A stretch of DNA of 64,000 nucleotides, taken from positions 57,028-121,027 of the forward strand of contig JBBSLP010000006.1 in the NCBI GenBank assembly GCA_038255145.1, in the 5' to 3' direction. The notes beneath the pieces are model-generated. The model did no database searches. It had not been told where the DNA came from and worked only from the letters and a program-made list of their open reading frames with translations. The stretch comes from Acidimicrobiales bacterium. GTDB taxonomy: Bacteria > Actinomycetota > Acidimicrobiia > Acidimicrobiales > CAIXPF01. The position numbers were made by a program, and so were the translations under genes. Shown piece by piece: positions 27,711 to 37,608 of the stretch. Position 1 is the first letter of the stretch. Each line of letters starts with the position of its first letter.

Positions 27711-28100
27711 GTGGCGACGGCCGATACTGGCTCCATGGCGATGCTCCCCCCGACGCCGTCCCTGAACCGCGCCGCCCGCCGCGTCGCCGTGGCGGTGGGC
27801 GTGGCCGCCCTGGCCGCCCTCGCCGTGCGAGCCGAGCGCAGCCGGCGACGGCGTCGCCCCCGACGCAACACCGAACTGGCGGCCGCCGACCGGGCCACCG
27901 TCGAGGGGGTGGCCGCCGAGCTGGTCCTGCGGGGTGTCCGCGTCAGGGTCGGCCGGTTCGTCGACCTGACCCGGGAGCCCGGCGTCGAGCTCTTCACCCT
28001 CGACTACCCGGCGAGCGAGGAACGTCGGGTGCAGAAGCACCTGGCCGTCCTCCACGCCGCCGGCGTCGCCCCCGGCCTGACCGGGGTCCATCCCGACTAG
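27711..28100 (+). CDS. Hypothetical protein (one TM, Arg-rich linker)
   Basis: High GC3 throughout. AARRVAVAVGVAALAALAV, then RSRRRRRPRR. No recognisable domain. The start could be ATG 27735 or 27741. Confidence 0.55.
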   Translation: MATADTGSMAMLPPTPSLNRAARRVAVAVGVAALAALAVRAERSRRRRRPRRNTELAAADRATVEGVAAELVLRGVRVRVGRFVDLTREPGVELFTLDYPASEERRVQKHLAVLHAAGVAPGLTGVHPD

Positions 28101-28197
28101 TGGTACGTCGTCCAATTGGTCGGGGTAGCTCGCCGGTCCCGACCGACGGCTCGCCGAGCCCGCCGAGGGCCCCAGGCCGGCCATCTAGGGTGCGGCC

Positions 28198-29193
28198 ATG
28201 GAGATCTCCTGCGCCTTCCCGCCCGTCCCGGAGACGCCCGACCACGTCGTGTTGGCCGAGGAGCTGGGTTACGTCCGGGCGTGGATCTACGACACCCCGG
28301 CCCTGCAGCTGGACTGCTGGATGACCCTGGCCCTGGCCGCCACCCGCACCAGCCGCATCGTGTTGGGGCCCGGCGTGATGATCCCCTCGCTGCGCCACCC
28401 CCTGGTCACGGCGTCGGCCGTGGCCACGTTGGTGGGCCTGGCTCCCGGACGGGTCGTGGTGGGCATGGGCACCGGCTTCACCGGCCGGCGGGCCATGGGC
28501 CTGCGCCCCCTGCCCTGGGCCCGGGTGGCGGAAGCGGTGACCACGTTGCGGGCCCTGCTGGCCGGCGACGTCGTCGAGGTCGACGGCCAGCCCGTACGCA
28601 TGTTGCACTGGCCGGGCCAGGCCCCCGACCGCCCCATCGACGTGCCCATCGTGTTGGGGGTGAACGGCCCCAAGGGCGAGGCGGTGGCGGCCGAGCTGGG
28701 CTGTGGCCTCTTCACCTCCCGACCCCGGCCCGGCGCCGACTTCTCCCAGGTCCCTTCGGCCACCCTGCTGGGCTTCGGCACCGTGCTCGATCCCGGTGAG
28801 GATGCCGGTTCCCCCCGGGTGCTCGACGCCGCCGGTCCCGGGGCGGCGGTGGCCTACCACGCCTTCCTCGAGCAGGGCGACGACCGCCTGGCCACCCTGC
28901 CCGGCGCGGCCCGGTTCGTGGAGCTCGTCGAGGCCCTGCCCGTGGCCGAGCGCCACCTGCACCTGCACGCCGGGCACCTGACCCGCCTCAACGACATCGA
29001 CCGCCAGGTCCTCACCGGCGAGGTGGTCGAACGGGTGACGCTGACCGGGTCCCCGGCCAAGGTGGCGGCGCGGCTGTCCGCCCTCGAAGACCAGGGCATC
29101 ACCGAGGTGGCCTACCAGCCCATGGGTGACGACATCGGTCGTGAGCTGCGGTCCTTCGCCGAAGCCGCCGGGATGGCGGGGGTGACCGCCTGA
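28198..29193 (+). CDS. LLM-class F420-dependent oxidoreductase (methylene-H4MPT reductase-like)
   Basis: AEELGYVRAWIYDTP, GPGVMIPSLRHP, GRVVVGMGTG and a C-terminal LEDQGITEVAYQP. Confidence 0.85.
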   Translation: MEISCAFPPVPETPDHVVLAEELGYVRAWIYDTPALQLDCWMTLALAATRTSRIVLGPGVMIPSLRHPLVTASAVATLVGLAPGRVVVGMGTGFTGRRAMGLRPLPWARVAEAVTTLRALLAGDVVEVDGQPVRMLHWPGQAPDRPIDVPIVLGVNGPKGEAVAAELGCGLFTSRPRPGADFSQVPSATLLGFGTVLDPGEDAGSPRVLDAAGPGAAVAYHAFLEQGDDRLATLPGAARFVELVEALPVAERHLHLHAGHLTRLNDIDRQVLTGEVVERVTLTGSPAKVAARLSALEDQGITEVAYQPMGDDIGRELRSFAEAAGMAGVTA

Positions 29194-29256
29194 CCTGGTG
29201 GTGGATGGGTGCTCCGGCGCGGCACGGCCCGCCGGCCGCGGTTAGGTTCGCCAGCG

Positions 29257-30195
29257 ATGGAGACGCGCAAGATCGGTGAGCTCGAGGTGTCCGTCGTCGG
29301 CCTGGGGTGCAACAACTTCGGTGCCGCCCTCGACCTGGAGGGCACACGTGCCGTGGTCGACGCGGCCATCGACGCCGGCATCACCTACCTGGACACCGCC
29401 GACATCTACGGCGGCACCGTGTCCGAGCAGCACCTGGGTGAGGTGTTGAAGGGCCGACGGGACGCCGTCGTGCTGGCCACCAAGTTCGGTCACCCCACCG
29501 GCGTGCCCGAGGGCCGCCACGGCGGTTCGGCCAGCTGGGTGCACGAGGCCACCGAGGCCTCCCTGCGCCGCCTGCAGACCGACCGCATCGACCACCTGCA
29601 GATCCACTCGCCCGATGCCGACACCCCGGTGGCCGAGACCCTGGGCGCGCTGGACGAGCTGGTCAAGGCGGGCAAGGTGCTCGAGATCGGCTGCTCGAAC
29701 TTCTCCGCCGCCCAGCTGGCCGAAGCCGACGCCGTGTCCCGGGAGCAGGGCCTTGCCCGCTTCGTCACCGTGCAGAACCACTACTCCCTCCTGACCCGCG
29801 CGCCCGAGACCGAGGGCGTGCTCGACGCCTGCGCCGCCCTCGACATCGGCTTCGTGCCCTTCTTCCCCCTGGAGTCGGGGCTGCTGACGGGCAAGTACAG
29901 CAAGGGCCAGCCCCTGCCCGAGGACAGCCGCTTCGCCCGCTGGGGGAAACGGGCCTCGGCCTTCATCGACGACGACAAGCTCGACATCGTCGAGCGCCTG
30001 GACGCCTACGCCACCAGCCAGGGCCACACCCTCATCGAGCTGGCCATGGGCTGGCTGGTCAGCAACCCCCAGGTCACCTCGGTCATCGCCGGGGCCACCA
30101 AGGGCAGCCAGGCCCAGGCCAACGTGGCCGCGGCCCAGGCCTGGACCCTGACCGACACCCAGAGGGCCGCGGTCGACCAGGTCCTCGCCGGCTGA
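29257..30195 (+). CDS. Aldo/keto reductase
   Basis: METRKIGELEVSVVGLGCNNFG...AIDAGITYLDTADIYG...ATKFG...DHLQIHSPD...GCSNF. Confidence 0.9.
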   Translation: METRKIGELEVSVVGLGCNNFGAALDLEGTRAVVDAAIDAGITYLDTADIYGGTVSEQHLGEVLKGRRDAVVLATKFGHPTGVPEGRHGGSASWVHEATEASLRRLQTDRIDHLQIHSPDADTPVAETLGALDELVKAGKVLEIGCSNFSAAQLAEADAVSREQGLARFVTVQNHYSLLTRAPETEGVLDACAALDIGFVPFFPLESGLLTGKYSKGQPLPEDSRFARWGKRASAFIDDDKLDIVERLDAYATSQGHTLIELAMGWLVSNPQVTSVIAGATKGSQAQANVAAAQAWTLTDTQRAAVDQVLAG

Positions 30196-30202
30196 CGGCC
30201 GC

Positions 30203-30931
30203 TCAGAAGCTGGCGGTGGGGTCCTCGTCGGGCACGTGGCCCTCGGCGTCGACCCCGACACCCAGGCCTTCGATGTCGATGAGCTCGCCGTCGACGAAGA
30301 TGCGCACCTCACCGGCTCCCGACACCCGCCAGCGACCGTCGGCCTCGCGGATCAGCGCGGTCCGGTCGGCGATCCCGGCCAGGGCCAGCCCGGCGGGGGC
30401 GAGCTCGATGGTCCGGCGGGACTTCTCGGCCGACCACTGGTCGTAGCGGGGGATCAGGGTCAGCTGGTTGACCAGGCCCAACCCGACCCCGAAGCCGCCA
30501 CCGCGGGGATCGACCATGGCGTCGCACAACACGGCGGCGCTGCTGCCCGCCGCGGCCAACACGGCGCCGTCCTGGTGTGCGGCCACGACGGCGTCCCACA
30601 ACGGCGTCCGCTTGAGCACCGAGAGCAGGTGCATGGCCGAGCCCGAGGCGATGTAGAGGAACCGGGCCCCCCGCACGACCTCGACGTTGGCGGGTTCGAG
30701 GGCACCGTGGCGATCGAGGGCCGGCACCTCGACAACCTCGGCCCCCAGGTCGGCGAAGTAGCTGCGGGCCCGCACCACGACCCGCGCGGGATCCTCGTAG
30801 GCCGACGCCGTGGGCAGCACCACCACGGGCCCGCCCCCGGCCTCGGCCAGCAGCTCGGCATCGAAATCACAGCCCGGCCCCCACTCCTCCCCGCCCACCA
30901 GAGCCAGGGTGCCCCGGCTCATCGCCGCCAC
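30203..30931 (-). CDS. Peptidase S51 / cyanophycinase-like (class I glutamine-amidotransferase-like fold)
   Basis: LALVGGEEW...VVVLPTASA...FLYIASGSAMHLLSVL...AAGSSAAVLC. Confidence 0.75.
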   Translation of the reverse strand: MAAMSRGTLALVGGEEWGPGCDFDAELLAEAGGGPVVVLPTASAYEDPARVVVRARSYFADLGAEVVEVPALDRHGALEPANVEVVRGARFLYIASGSAMHLLSVLKRTPLWDAVVAAHQDGAVLAAAGSSAAVLCDAMVDPRGGGFGVGLGLVNQLTLIPRYDQWSAEKSRRTIELAPAGLALAGIADRTALIREADGRWRVSGAGEVRIFVDGELIDIEGLGVGVDAEGHVPDEDPTASF

Positions 30932-31034
30932 CCGGGGGCGACGGCACCGGCAACACAGATCGGGCTGGTCAGGGAGAGCGGGCTGGGCACGGCGTCACGG
31001 TAGCGCCCGACGGCCACCGGTTACCTTGGCACCG

Positions 31035-31694
31035 ATGCCGATCGAGCCGCCGACCAGCGGGTGGGTGTTCCCCCCGGCGGACGCCTCCGACGAGCACGGC
31101 GTGGTCGGTGTCGGCGCCGACCTCGAACCGGGCACCCTCCTGGCCGCCTACCGCCGCGGCCTGTTCCCCATGCCCGTGGGCCGGCGACGCATCGGTTGGT
31201 GGTCCCCGGACCCCCGCGGTGTCATCCCCCGCCAGGGGCTGGTGGTCAGCCGGTCGCTGCGCAAGGCCGTCCGCAACTTCGACATCCGCATCGACACCGC
31301 CTTCCCCCAGGTCGTCGAGGCGTGCGCCGACCCCAGGCGACCCCACGGCTGGATCAACAAGGACATCCGCAGCGCCTACACCCGCCTGCACCAGCTGGGC
31401 TGGGCCCACTCGGTGGAGACGTGGTCCGACGGCACGCTGGTGGGCGGCCTCTACGGCGTGGCCATCGGCGGCCTCTTCGCCGGCGAGTCCATGTTCCACC
31501 GCCGCACCGACGCCTCCAAGGTGGCCCTCGTGGCCCTCATCGACCTGCTCGACGACCACCCCGACACCCTCATCGACGTGCAGTGGACGACCAGCCACCT
31601 CGTCACCCTCGGTGCCCGTGACGTCCCCCGGGACCGCTACCTGGACCTGCTGGCCGCCGCCCTGGCCCGGCCCCTGCCCCCCACCTTCGCCTGA
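31035..31694 (+). CDS. aat: Leucyl/phenylalanyl-tRNA--protein transferase
   Basis: LLAAYRRGLFPM...IGWWSPDPRGVI..., W(I)NKDIRSAYTRLHQLGWAHSVETW...GGLYGVAIGGLFAGESMF...DVQWTTSHL. Confidence 0.9.
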   Translation: MPIEPPTSGWVFPPADASDEHGVVGVGADLEPGTLLAAYRRGLFPMPVGRRRIGWWSPDPRGVIPRQGLVVSRSLRKAVRNFDIRIDTAFPQVVEACADPRRPHGWINKDIRSAYTRLHQLGWAHSVETWSDGTLVGGLYGVAIGGLFAGESMFHRRTDASKVALVALIDLLDDHPDTLIDVQWTTSHLVTLGARDVPRDRYLDLLAAALARPLPPTFA

Positions 31695-31759
31695 TCCCCG
31701 CCGCACCCCCGTGCGGGGGCCGCTGGCCGCGACCGCCCCCCAGCGCGCATGATGTCGCC

Positions 31760-33754
31760 ATGACGGGGACGATGTCGGGGCCAGGACAGCAGGACCAGCC
31801 CGCGGTCCGGCGCGATGAGCCGTGGATGATGCGGACGTACTCGGGGCACTCGACGGCCAAGGCCTCGAACGCCCTGTACCGCACGAACCTGGCCCGGGGC
31901 CAGACCGGGCTGTCGGTGGCCTTCGACCTGCCCACCCAGACCGGGTACGACCCCGACGACCCCCATGCCCGGGGCGAGGTGGGCAAGGTCGGCGTGCCCG
32001 TGGCCCACCTCGGCCACCTGCGCACCCTGCTCGACGACATCCCCCTCGACAAGATGAACACGTCGATGACCATCAACGCCCCTGCGGCGTGGATGTTGGG
32101 CCTGTACGTGGCCACCGCAGCCGAGCACGGCATCGCCTCGGAAGCGTTGCGGGGCACGACCCAGAACGACATCGTCAAGGAGTACCTGTCCCGGGGCACG
32201 TTCATCTTCCCCCCCGAGCACTCCCGCCGGCTCATCGTGGACACCGTGGCCTTCTGCGCCCACCACGTGCCCAGGTGGAACCCGGTCAACATCTGCTCGT
32301 ACCACCTGCAGGAGGCGGGCGCGACCCCGGTGCAGGAGGTGGCCTTCGCCCTGGCCACGGCCATCGACGTGCTCGACGCCGTGCGCGATTCGGGCCAGGT
32401 CGACGCCGGGCACTTCCCCCGGGTCGTGGCCTCCATCTCGTTCTTCTGCAACGCCGGGATCCGCTTCGTCGAGGAGATCTGCAAGCAGCGGGCCTTCACC
32501 GAGCTGTGGGACCGCATCTGCCTGGAGCGCTACGGCGTGACCGACCCCAAGGCCCGGCGTCTGCGCTACGGCGTGCAGGTCAACTCCCTGGGCCTGACCG
32601 AGGCCCAGCCCGAGAACAACGTGCCGCGCATCGTGCTGGAGATGCTGGGCGTCACCCTGTCCAAGCGGGCCCGGACCCGGTCCCTGCAGCTGCCGGCGTG
32701 GAACGAGGCCCTGGGCCTGCCCACCCCGTGGGACCAGCAATGGTCGCTGCGCATCCAGCAGGTCCTGGCCTTCGAGTCCGACCTGTTGGAGTACGACGAC
32801 ATCTTCGACGGCTCCAAGGTGGTCGAGGCCAAGACGGCCGAACTGGCCGACGCGGCGTGGGCCGAGCTCGAGGACGTGCTGTCCCTCGGTGGCGCCTTCG
32901 CGGCCATCGACGAGCTCAAGGGCCGCCTGGTCCGCAGCCACACCGAGCGCATCCGCCGCATCGAGTCCGGCGACCAGGTCGTGGTGGGGGTCAACGCCTT
33001 CGTGGAGACGGCGCCGTCGCCGCTGGAAGGCGACGAGCGCATCCAGCGGGTCGATCCCGGGGTGCAGGCCGAGATGATCGCTGACGTCATCGCCTGGCGG
33101 GCGGGCCGGGACGACACCGCCTGGCAGCGGGCCCGGGACGAGCTGGCCCGGGTGGCGGCCACCGACGAGAACATCATGCCCGCCTCCATCGCCCTGGCCC
33201 AGGCCGGGGGCACCACCGGCGAGTGGGCCGGGGTGCTGCGCCAGGTCTTCGGCGAGTACCGGGCCCCCACCGGGGTCGGCTCGGCCACCGTCGTCGGCGG
33301 CCGGGGTGAGCAGCTGGCCGCGGTGGCCGAGCGGGTCAAGCTCATGACCGGCGGGCCCCCCCGCTTCCTGGTGGCCAAACCGGGCCTGGACGGGCACTCC
33401 AACGGGGCCGAGCAGATCGCCGTGGCCGCCCGGGACGCGGGCATGGAGGTCATCTACCAGGGCATCCGCTCCACCCCCGAGGAGATCGCCGCGGTCGCCC
33501 GCGACGAGGACCCCGACGTCATCGGCCTGTCCATCCTGTCGGGTAGCCACCTCGAGCTCGTGCCCCAGGTCATCGCCCTCATCCGGGCCGAGGGCGTCGA
33601 TGCCCCCGTGGTGGTGGGCGGCATCGTGCCCGAGGACGACCAGGCCCTGCTCCTGTCCCAGGGCGTAGCCCGGGTGTACACGCCCAAGGACTTCGAGCTC
33701 GGCCGCATCATGGCCGACATCGTGGACATCACCGCAGCACGACGGGCGCTCTGA
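31760..33754 (+). CDS. meaA: Fused acyl-CoA mutase (catalytic TIM-barrel + C-terminal B12-binding domain), MeaA / ethylmalonyl-CoA-mutase-like
   Basis: 664 aa. PWMMRTYSGHS...LSVAFDLPTQTGYD...RGTTQNDIVKEYLSRGT. C-terminal KPGLDGHSNG (DxHxxG) and GLSILSGSH. A single-chain ~660-aa format with TYSGHS fits MeaA/Ecm better than two-subunit MCM, but the specificity residues were not aligned. Confidence 0.8.
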   Translation: MTGTMSGPGQQDQPAVRRDEPWMMRTYSGHSTAKASNALYRTNLARGQTGLSVAFDLPTQTGYDPDDPHARGEVGKVGVPVAHLGHLRTLLDDIPLDKMNTSMTINAPAAWMLGLYVATAAEHGIASEALRGTTQNDIVKEYLSRGTFIFPPEHSRRLIVDTVAFCAHHVPRWNPVNICSYHLQEAGATPVQEVAFALATAIDVLDAVRDSGQVDAGHFPRVVASISFFCNAGIRFVEEICKQRAFTELWDRICLERYGVTDPKARRLRYGVQVNSLGLTEAQPENNVPRIVLEMLGVTLSKRARTRSLQLPAWNEALGLPTPWDQQWSLRIQQVLAFESDLLEYDDIFDGSKVVEAKTAELADAAWAELEDVLSLGGAFAAIDELKGRLVRSHTERIRRIESGDQVVVGVNAFVETAPSPLEGDERIQRVDPGVQAEMIADVIAWRAGRDDTAWQRARDELARVAATDENIMPASIALAQAGGTTGEWAGVLRQVFGEYRAPTGVGSATVVGGRGEQLAAVAERVKLMTGGPPRFLVAKPGLDGHSNGAEQIAVAARDAGMEVIYQGIRSTPEEIAAVARDEDPDVIGLSILSGSHLELVPQVIALIRAEGVDAPVVVGGIVPEDDQALLLSQGVARVYTPKDFELGRIMADIVDITAARRAL

Positions 33755-33868
33755 CCTCGACGTTCCCCCGACGATCACACCGTCGAGCGGTCGCAGCACC
33801 GTCGTCACCGATGCGGCAACGTCGACGGGGGGCTTTACCCAGGGCACCGAGCCGCCGATGGGTAAGCG

Positions 33869-34636
33869 ATGTCGTCGGACCCCCGTCGCCTGCCCTCCCT
33901 CGTCGCCGGTCTCGTGGCCGTGGCTGCTGCCGTGGTGGCCCTCGTGCTGCACAGCCCGGTGGCCGTGGGCGTGGCCGGAGCCGCGGGCCTGGTGGCCGGC
34001 CTGCTCGGCTGGCTGGGCGCCACCCTGCCCCCGGCCCCGCCCCGCCAGGCCGGGGCGGCAGTGGCCAACCCCGAGCCCGTCACCGACGTGACCACCGGTG
34101 CCCTGGCCGCGGCCAGCGCCCCGTCGCCGTCCCCTCCCGCGGTGGCCGTGGTCGACCACCGCGAAGAGATCCAGACCCTGGTCGACCCGTTCAGCGGGCT
34201 GTACACCGAGAGCTACCTGCTGGTGGCCCTCGAGGCCCGCATCGCCGCCGCCCGACGACGGCTGCGGCCCATCTCCCTGGTGCTGCTCGAGGTGGTGGAC
34301 GGCATGCGCCAGGGTCGGCCCACCAACGCCGACCCCCGGGCCGTGGCCCGGGCCCTGCGCGACACCCTGCGTGAGGCCGACACCGCCGGGCGGCTGACCG
34401 ACGGCCGTTACGCCCTAGTGCTCGAGGACACCAACGAGAACGGCGCGGTGTGGACCATCGAGCGCCTGCGCACCACGCTGGCCAGCACCCGCCCCGGCTT
34501 CACCACCTGGGCCGGCGTGTCCTGCTACCCGGCCCACGGTTTCACCCTGACCGAGATCCTCGACGGGGCCGAGTCGGCCCTGACCCTGGCCCGGGAGTGG
34601 CGCCAGGACCGCATCGAGGTGGCCACCGTCGACTGA
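33869..34636 (+). CDS. Membrane-anchored degenerate GGDEF-domain protein
   Basis: Two TM segments, then DPFSGLYTESYLLVALE...ISLVLLEVVD...LREADTAGRLTDGRYALVLEDT. GGDEF is replaced by TDGRY, while an RxxD (READ) sits 5 residues upstream. Confidence 0.75.
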   Translation: MSSDPRRLPSLVAGLVAVAAAVVALVLHSPVAVGVAGAAGLVAGLLGWLGATLPPAPPRQAGAAVANPEPVTDVTTGALAAASAPSPSPPAVAVVDHREEIQTLVDPFSGLYTESYLLVALEARIAAARRRLRPISLVLLEVVDGMRQGRPTNADPRAVARALRDTLREADTAGRLTDGRYALVLEDTNENGAVWTIERLRTTLASTRPGFTTWAGVSCYPAHGFTLTEILDGAESALTLAREWRQDRIEVATVD

Positions 34637-34679
34637 CGGCGACGATGGGGGCACGAGCGGGGGCTACGCTCCCCCACCG

Positions 34680-34856
34680 GTGAGCGGACCAGGGCACGAG
34701 GCCGACGACGGGGCCACGGCCGCCCCACCCGAGTTCGGGCCCTGGTGGTCGACCGCCCTGCGCTCGCTGATCCTGGCCGCGGCCCTGTTGGCCGCCCTGG
34801 GAGCCCTGGTGGTGTTGGCCATCGTGGCCGTGGGGTCGGTCATCTCGTTGTTCTGA
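34680..34856 (+). CDS. Possible 58-aa membrane peptide (below the ORF-track length cutoff)
   Basis: GTG 34680 to TGA 34854-34856. ...PEFGPWWSTALRSLILAAALLAALGALVVLAIVAVGSVISLF. GC3 is high across the TM part. It fills an otherwise 250-nt gap. Confidence 0.4.
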   Translation: MSGPGHEADDGATAAPPEFGPWWSTALRSLILAAALLAALGALVVLAIVAVGSVISLF

Positions 34857-34885
34857 CGGACCGCCGCGGCGGGCCGGCGGCGGCG

Positions 34886-35737
34886 TCAGTCACGCTCGAG
34901 GTCGAGGCGGAGCACGACGCGGTCCCGGCGGCGGGCGACCACCCCGAAGCCGGCCGCGGTGAACAGCTGCTCGGTGGCCTCGGGGGTGGGGAAGTCGATG
35001 CCCTGGACGCCGAGGCCGGACTGCAAGGCCCGACCCCGAGCCGTGCTGCCCCTCACCAGGGACATGGAGAAGCCCCGTCCCCCGGGCCGCACCACCCGAC
35101 CGAGCTCGGTCGCAGCTTCGGCCTGGTCGCCCAGCTCGTTGAGCGACCCCCCCATGGCGAAGGCGTCGGCGGCACCGTCGAGGATGGGCAGGTGCTGAGC
35201 CAGGGCCTGCACGGGGGCGATCAGCACGCCGGCCGCCGCCGCCCGACGCTGAGCCGCCTTCAGGAACCCCAGGGCGTGGTCCACGGCCAGCACCAAGGTC
35301 CCCTGACGGGCCAGGCGGCGGGCGTAGAGGCCCTCGGAGCAGCCCACGTCGACCACGACCTGGCCGGGATGGGGCGCCAGCCAGGTGGCCAGCTCGCTCA
35401 GCTCCTCGGGCACGGGGAAGTGGCGGCCCGACAGCAGCGACAGCGATCGGCGTCGCCACACGGCCTCGTAGAGCTGGCTGACGACGGGGACCCGGTTGGT
35501 CAGCTGGGCGGCGTTGCGGCGGGGGCGGTGGGGGCCGAGAGCGTGCCAGATGCCGTCGAGCACCTCGGTCGACCGGCCGCAGGCCCCGCAGTGCAGCACC
35601 CCCCGACGGATGACGTCGGCGTCGCCGTCCTCGACGATCGCCTCCAACGACCCGGCTCGACACCACGGGCAGGCCAGGCGGTCGACGAGAGCGGTGAGCA
35701 CACCGCAGCCTGGCCCGCCCGCTCCCGCTGCGCCCAA
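34886..35737 (-). CDS. Class I SAM-dependent methyltransferase with N-terminal Trm112-like zinc ribbon
   Basis: LACPWC...LHCGACG (4-Cys ribbon). VVDVGCSEGLYARRLA (motif I) and GGSLNELGD. The start may be the in-frame GTG near 35701. Confidence 0.8.
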   Translation of the reverse strand: MGAAGAGGPGCGVLTALVDRLACPWCRAGSLEAIVEDGDADVIRRGVLHCGACGRSTEVLDGIWHALGPHRPRRNAAQLTNRVPVVSQLYEAVWRRRSLSLLSGRHFPVPEELSELATWLAPHPGQVVVDVGCSEGLYARRLARQGTLVLAVDHALGFLKAAQRRAAAAGVLIAPVQALAQHLPILDGAADAFAMGGSLNELGDQAEAATELGRVVRPGGRGFSMSLVRGSTARGRALQSGLGVQGIDFPTPEATEQLFTAAGFGVVARRRDRVVLRLDLERD

Positions 35738-35818
35738 CCTTCAGCTCCAGCCCTGCGCTCAGCCCCGGCCTACCCCTGGTGGCCAGCCACTCCCCGGCCG
35801 GCCCGGCCGTCCGGACCC

Positions 35819-36703
35819 TCAGCGTTGGCGCACGGCCACGGCCAGCACCACCAGGGCCATGCCCGCGACCTCGGCCAGGCCGGGGACCTGGTGGAGCACG
35901 ACGGCGCCGACCCCAGCGGCGGTGACGGGCAGTAGCGCCAGCAGCAGGGCGAACTGCGACGGGGCCAGGCGGGTGAGGACGACCTGGTCGAGGCCGTAGG
36001 GCACCACGTTGGACAGCAGGCCCACCGCGGCGCAGGCCACCAGGCGCACCGCATCGGGGCGGCCGTTGACCAGGCCAGCGACGCCCAGGGGGGCCAGGCC
36101 CAGCGAGCCCAGGAGCATGGCCCAGGCCAGGGCGTCGAGCCCGTCGGCCGTCCCCGTGCCTCCCCGGGCCACCCGCCCACCCAGCACGATGTAGCCGGCC
36201 CACAGCACGGCGGCGGACAGGGCCAGGCCTACGCCCACGGGGCTGGCCGCCCACTGCACCTCGGCCACCAGGGCCACCCCGGCCACAGCCAGGACCAGGG
36301 CGCCGGCGTTGCGGGCCGTGCGGGCACCGAGCACGGCCACCACGATGGGCCCCAGGAACTCGATGGCCACGGCGTTGCCCAGGGGCAGGCGATCCACGGC
36401 CAGGTAGAAGCACAGGTTCATGGCCGCCAGGGTCAGCCCGAAGGTCACGATGGCCAGTTGGCGGGCCCGGGCCCAGGCCCGCCACCGGGGCCGGCCCCGC
36501 AGCGCCCACAGGAACAGGCCCGACGACCCCACCCGGATCCAGGCCACCGCCGCGGGGCCGAGGAAGGGGAACAGGGTCACAGCCAGCGCCGCCCCCACGT
36601 ACTGGCTGACCGCCCCGGCCACGAAGAAGGCGGGTGCGGGGACGGCGTCGAGAGCGGAGGGGGCCGGCGTCGATGGGGCGGCGGGAGCGGGGGATGCGGC
36701 CAC
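35819..36703 (-). CDS. EamA/DMT-superfamily transporter
   Basis: 10 predicted TM helices in two EamA-like halves (AIEFLGPIVVAVLG ... LLALLPVTAAGVGAVVL). Confidence 0.85.
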   Translation of the reverse strand: MAASPAPAAPSTPAPSALDAVPAPAFFVAGAVSQYVGAALAVTLFPFLGPAAVAWIRVGSSGLFLWALRGRPRWRAWARARQLAIVTFGLTLAAMNLCFYLAVDRLPLGNAVAIEFLGPIVVAVLGARTARNAGALVLAVAGVALVAEVQWAASPVGVGLALSAAVLWAGYIVLGGRVARGGTGTADGLDALAWAMLLGSLGLAPLGVAGLVNGRPDAVRLVACAAVGLLSNVVPYGLDQVVLTRLAPSQFALLLALLPVTAAGVGAVVLHQVPGLAEVAGMALVVLAVAVRQR

Positions 36704-36722
36704 GCCCTATTGTCGGTCGCCG

Positions 36723-37601
36723 ATGGACCCCGCCCCTCAGGCCAAGCCCGAATCGGAGGCCCCACCCGCCGACCAGGCGGGCGGCTACCCCCCGCCCGGC
36801 CACTTCCTCCGCCACCTGCGCCTCAGCGTCGACCCCCGCGAAGAGGGCCGCATCGACGGCACCATGCCCGTGCTCGACGACCTGTGCGACCAGACCGGGG
36901 CCGTGCGCCTCGGCCCCATGGCCACCCTGGTCGACTTCGCCCTCGGCGTGCTCAGCACCCACGCCGCCGCCCCCGACTGGATCGCCACCCACGACCTGGG
37001 CATCCAGCTGCTCGAGCCGGTGCGCGACGGTGACGTCCACCTGGCCGGGCGCATCGTGCGCTCGGGCCGCAACACCGTCGTGTCCGAGTCGGTGCTGCGG
37101 GACGACGACGAGCGGGTGGTGGCCGCGGCCACCACGACCTACTCCCGCCTGTCCCGCAAGGGGCCCTCAGGCCCGACGGCTCCCCTGCGGGGGGTCATCG
37201 ACCTGGCCGAGGACGACGAGGCCCGCCGCACCACGCTCGACCGCTACCTGGGCTTCGAGATCGACGCCGACAGCGCTCCGGGAACCGGCACCCTGTCCTT
37301 CGAGCACCTGCCCCACCTGCGCAACTCCACCGGGGCCATCCAGGGCGGCATGATCACCGTGGCCATGGAATGGCTGGCCGCCGAACTGGCGGGCCGGGCC
37401 GTGGGCCGCCCCGCCGCGGGTCGCACCACCCAGCTGCAGGTGTATTACCTGAGCCAGGGTCGCCAGCCCCCCTTCGAGGTGCGGGGCCGCTGCCTGGGCC
37501 GCGATCCCGGTCCCCTGGGCGAGTCCTTGCACCGCCTCGAGCTCATCGAGGTGCCCACGGGCAAGCTGTTGGCCCTGGGCACGGCCCGGGCCACGGGCTG
37601 A
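36723..37601 (+). CDS. Tandem hotdog-fold (PaaI-type) thioesterase-domain protein
   Basis: ATG 36723. Two repeats, each with a PaaI-like signature (NQ/TGAVRLGPMATLVDFALG and NSTGAIQGGMITVAMEWLA). Confidence 0.7.
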   Translation: MDPAPQAKPESEAPPADQAGGYPPPGHFLRHLRLSVDPREEGRIDGTMPVLDDLCDQTGAVRLGPMATLVDFALGVLSTHAAAPDWIATHDLGIQLLEPVRDGDVHLAGRIVRSGRNTVVSESVLRDDDERVVAAATTTYSRLSRKGPSGPTAPLRGVIDLAEDDEARRTTLDRYLGFEIDADSAPGTGTLSFEHLPHLRNSTGAIQGGMITVAMEWLAAELAGRAVGRPAAGRTTQLQVYYLSQGRQPPFEVRGRCLGRDPGPLGESLHRLELIEVPTGKLLALGTARATG

Positions 37602-37608
37602 CCAGCCC

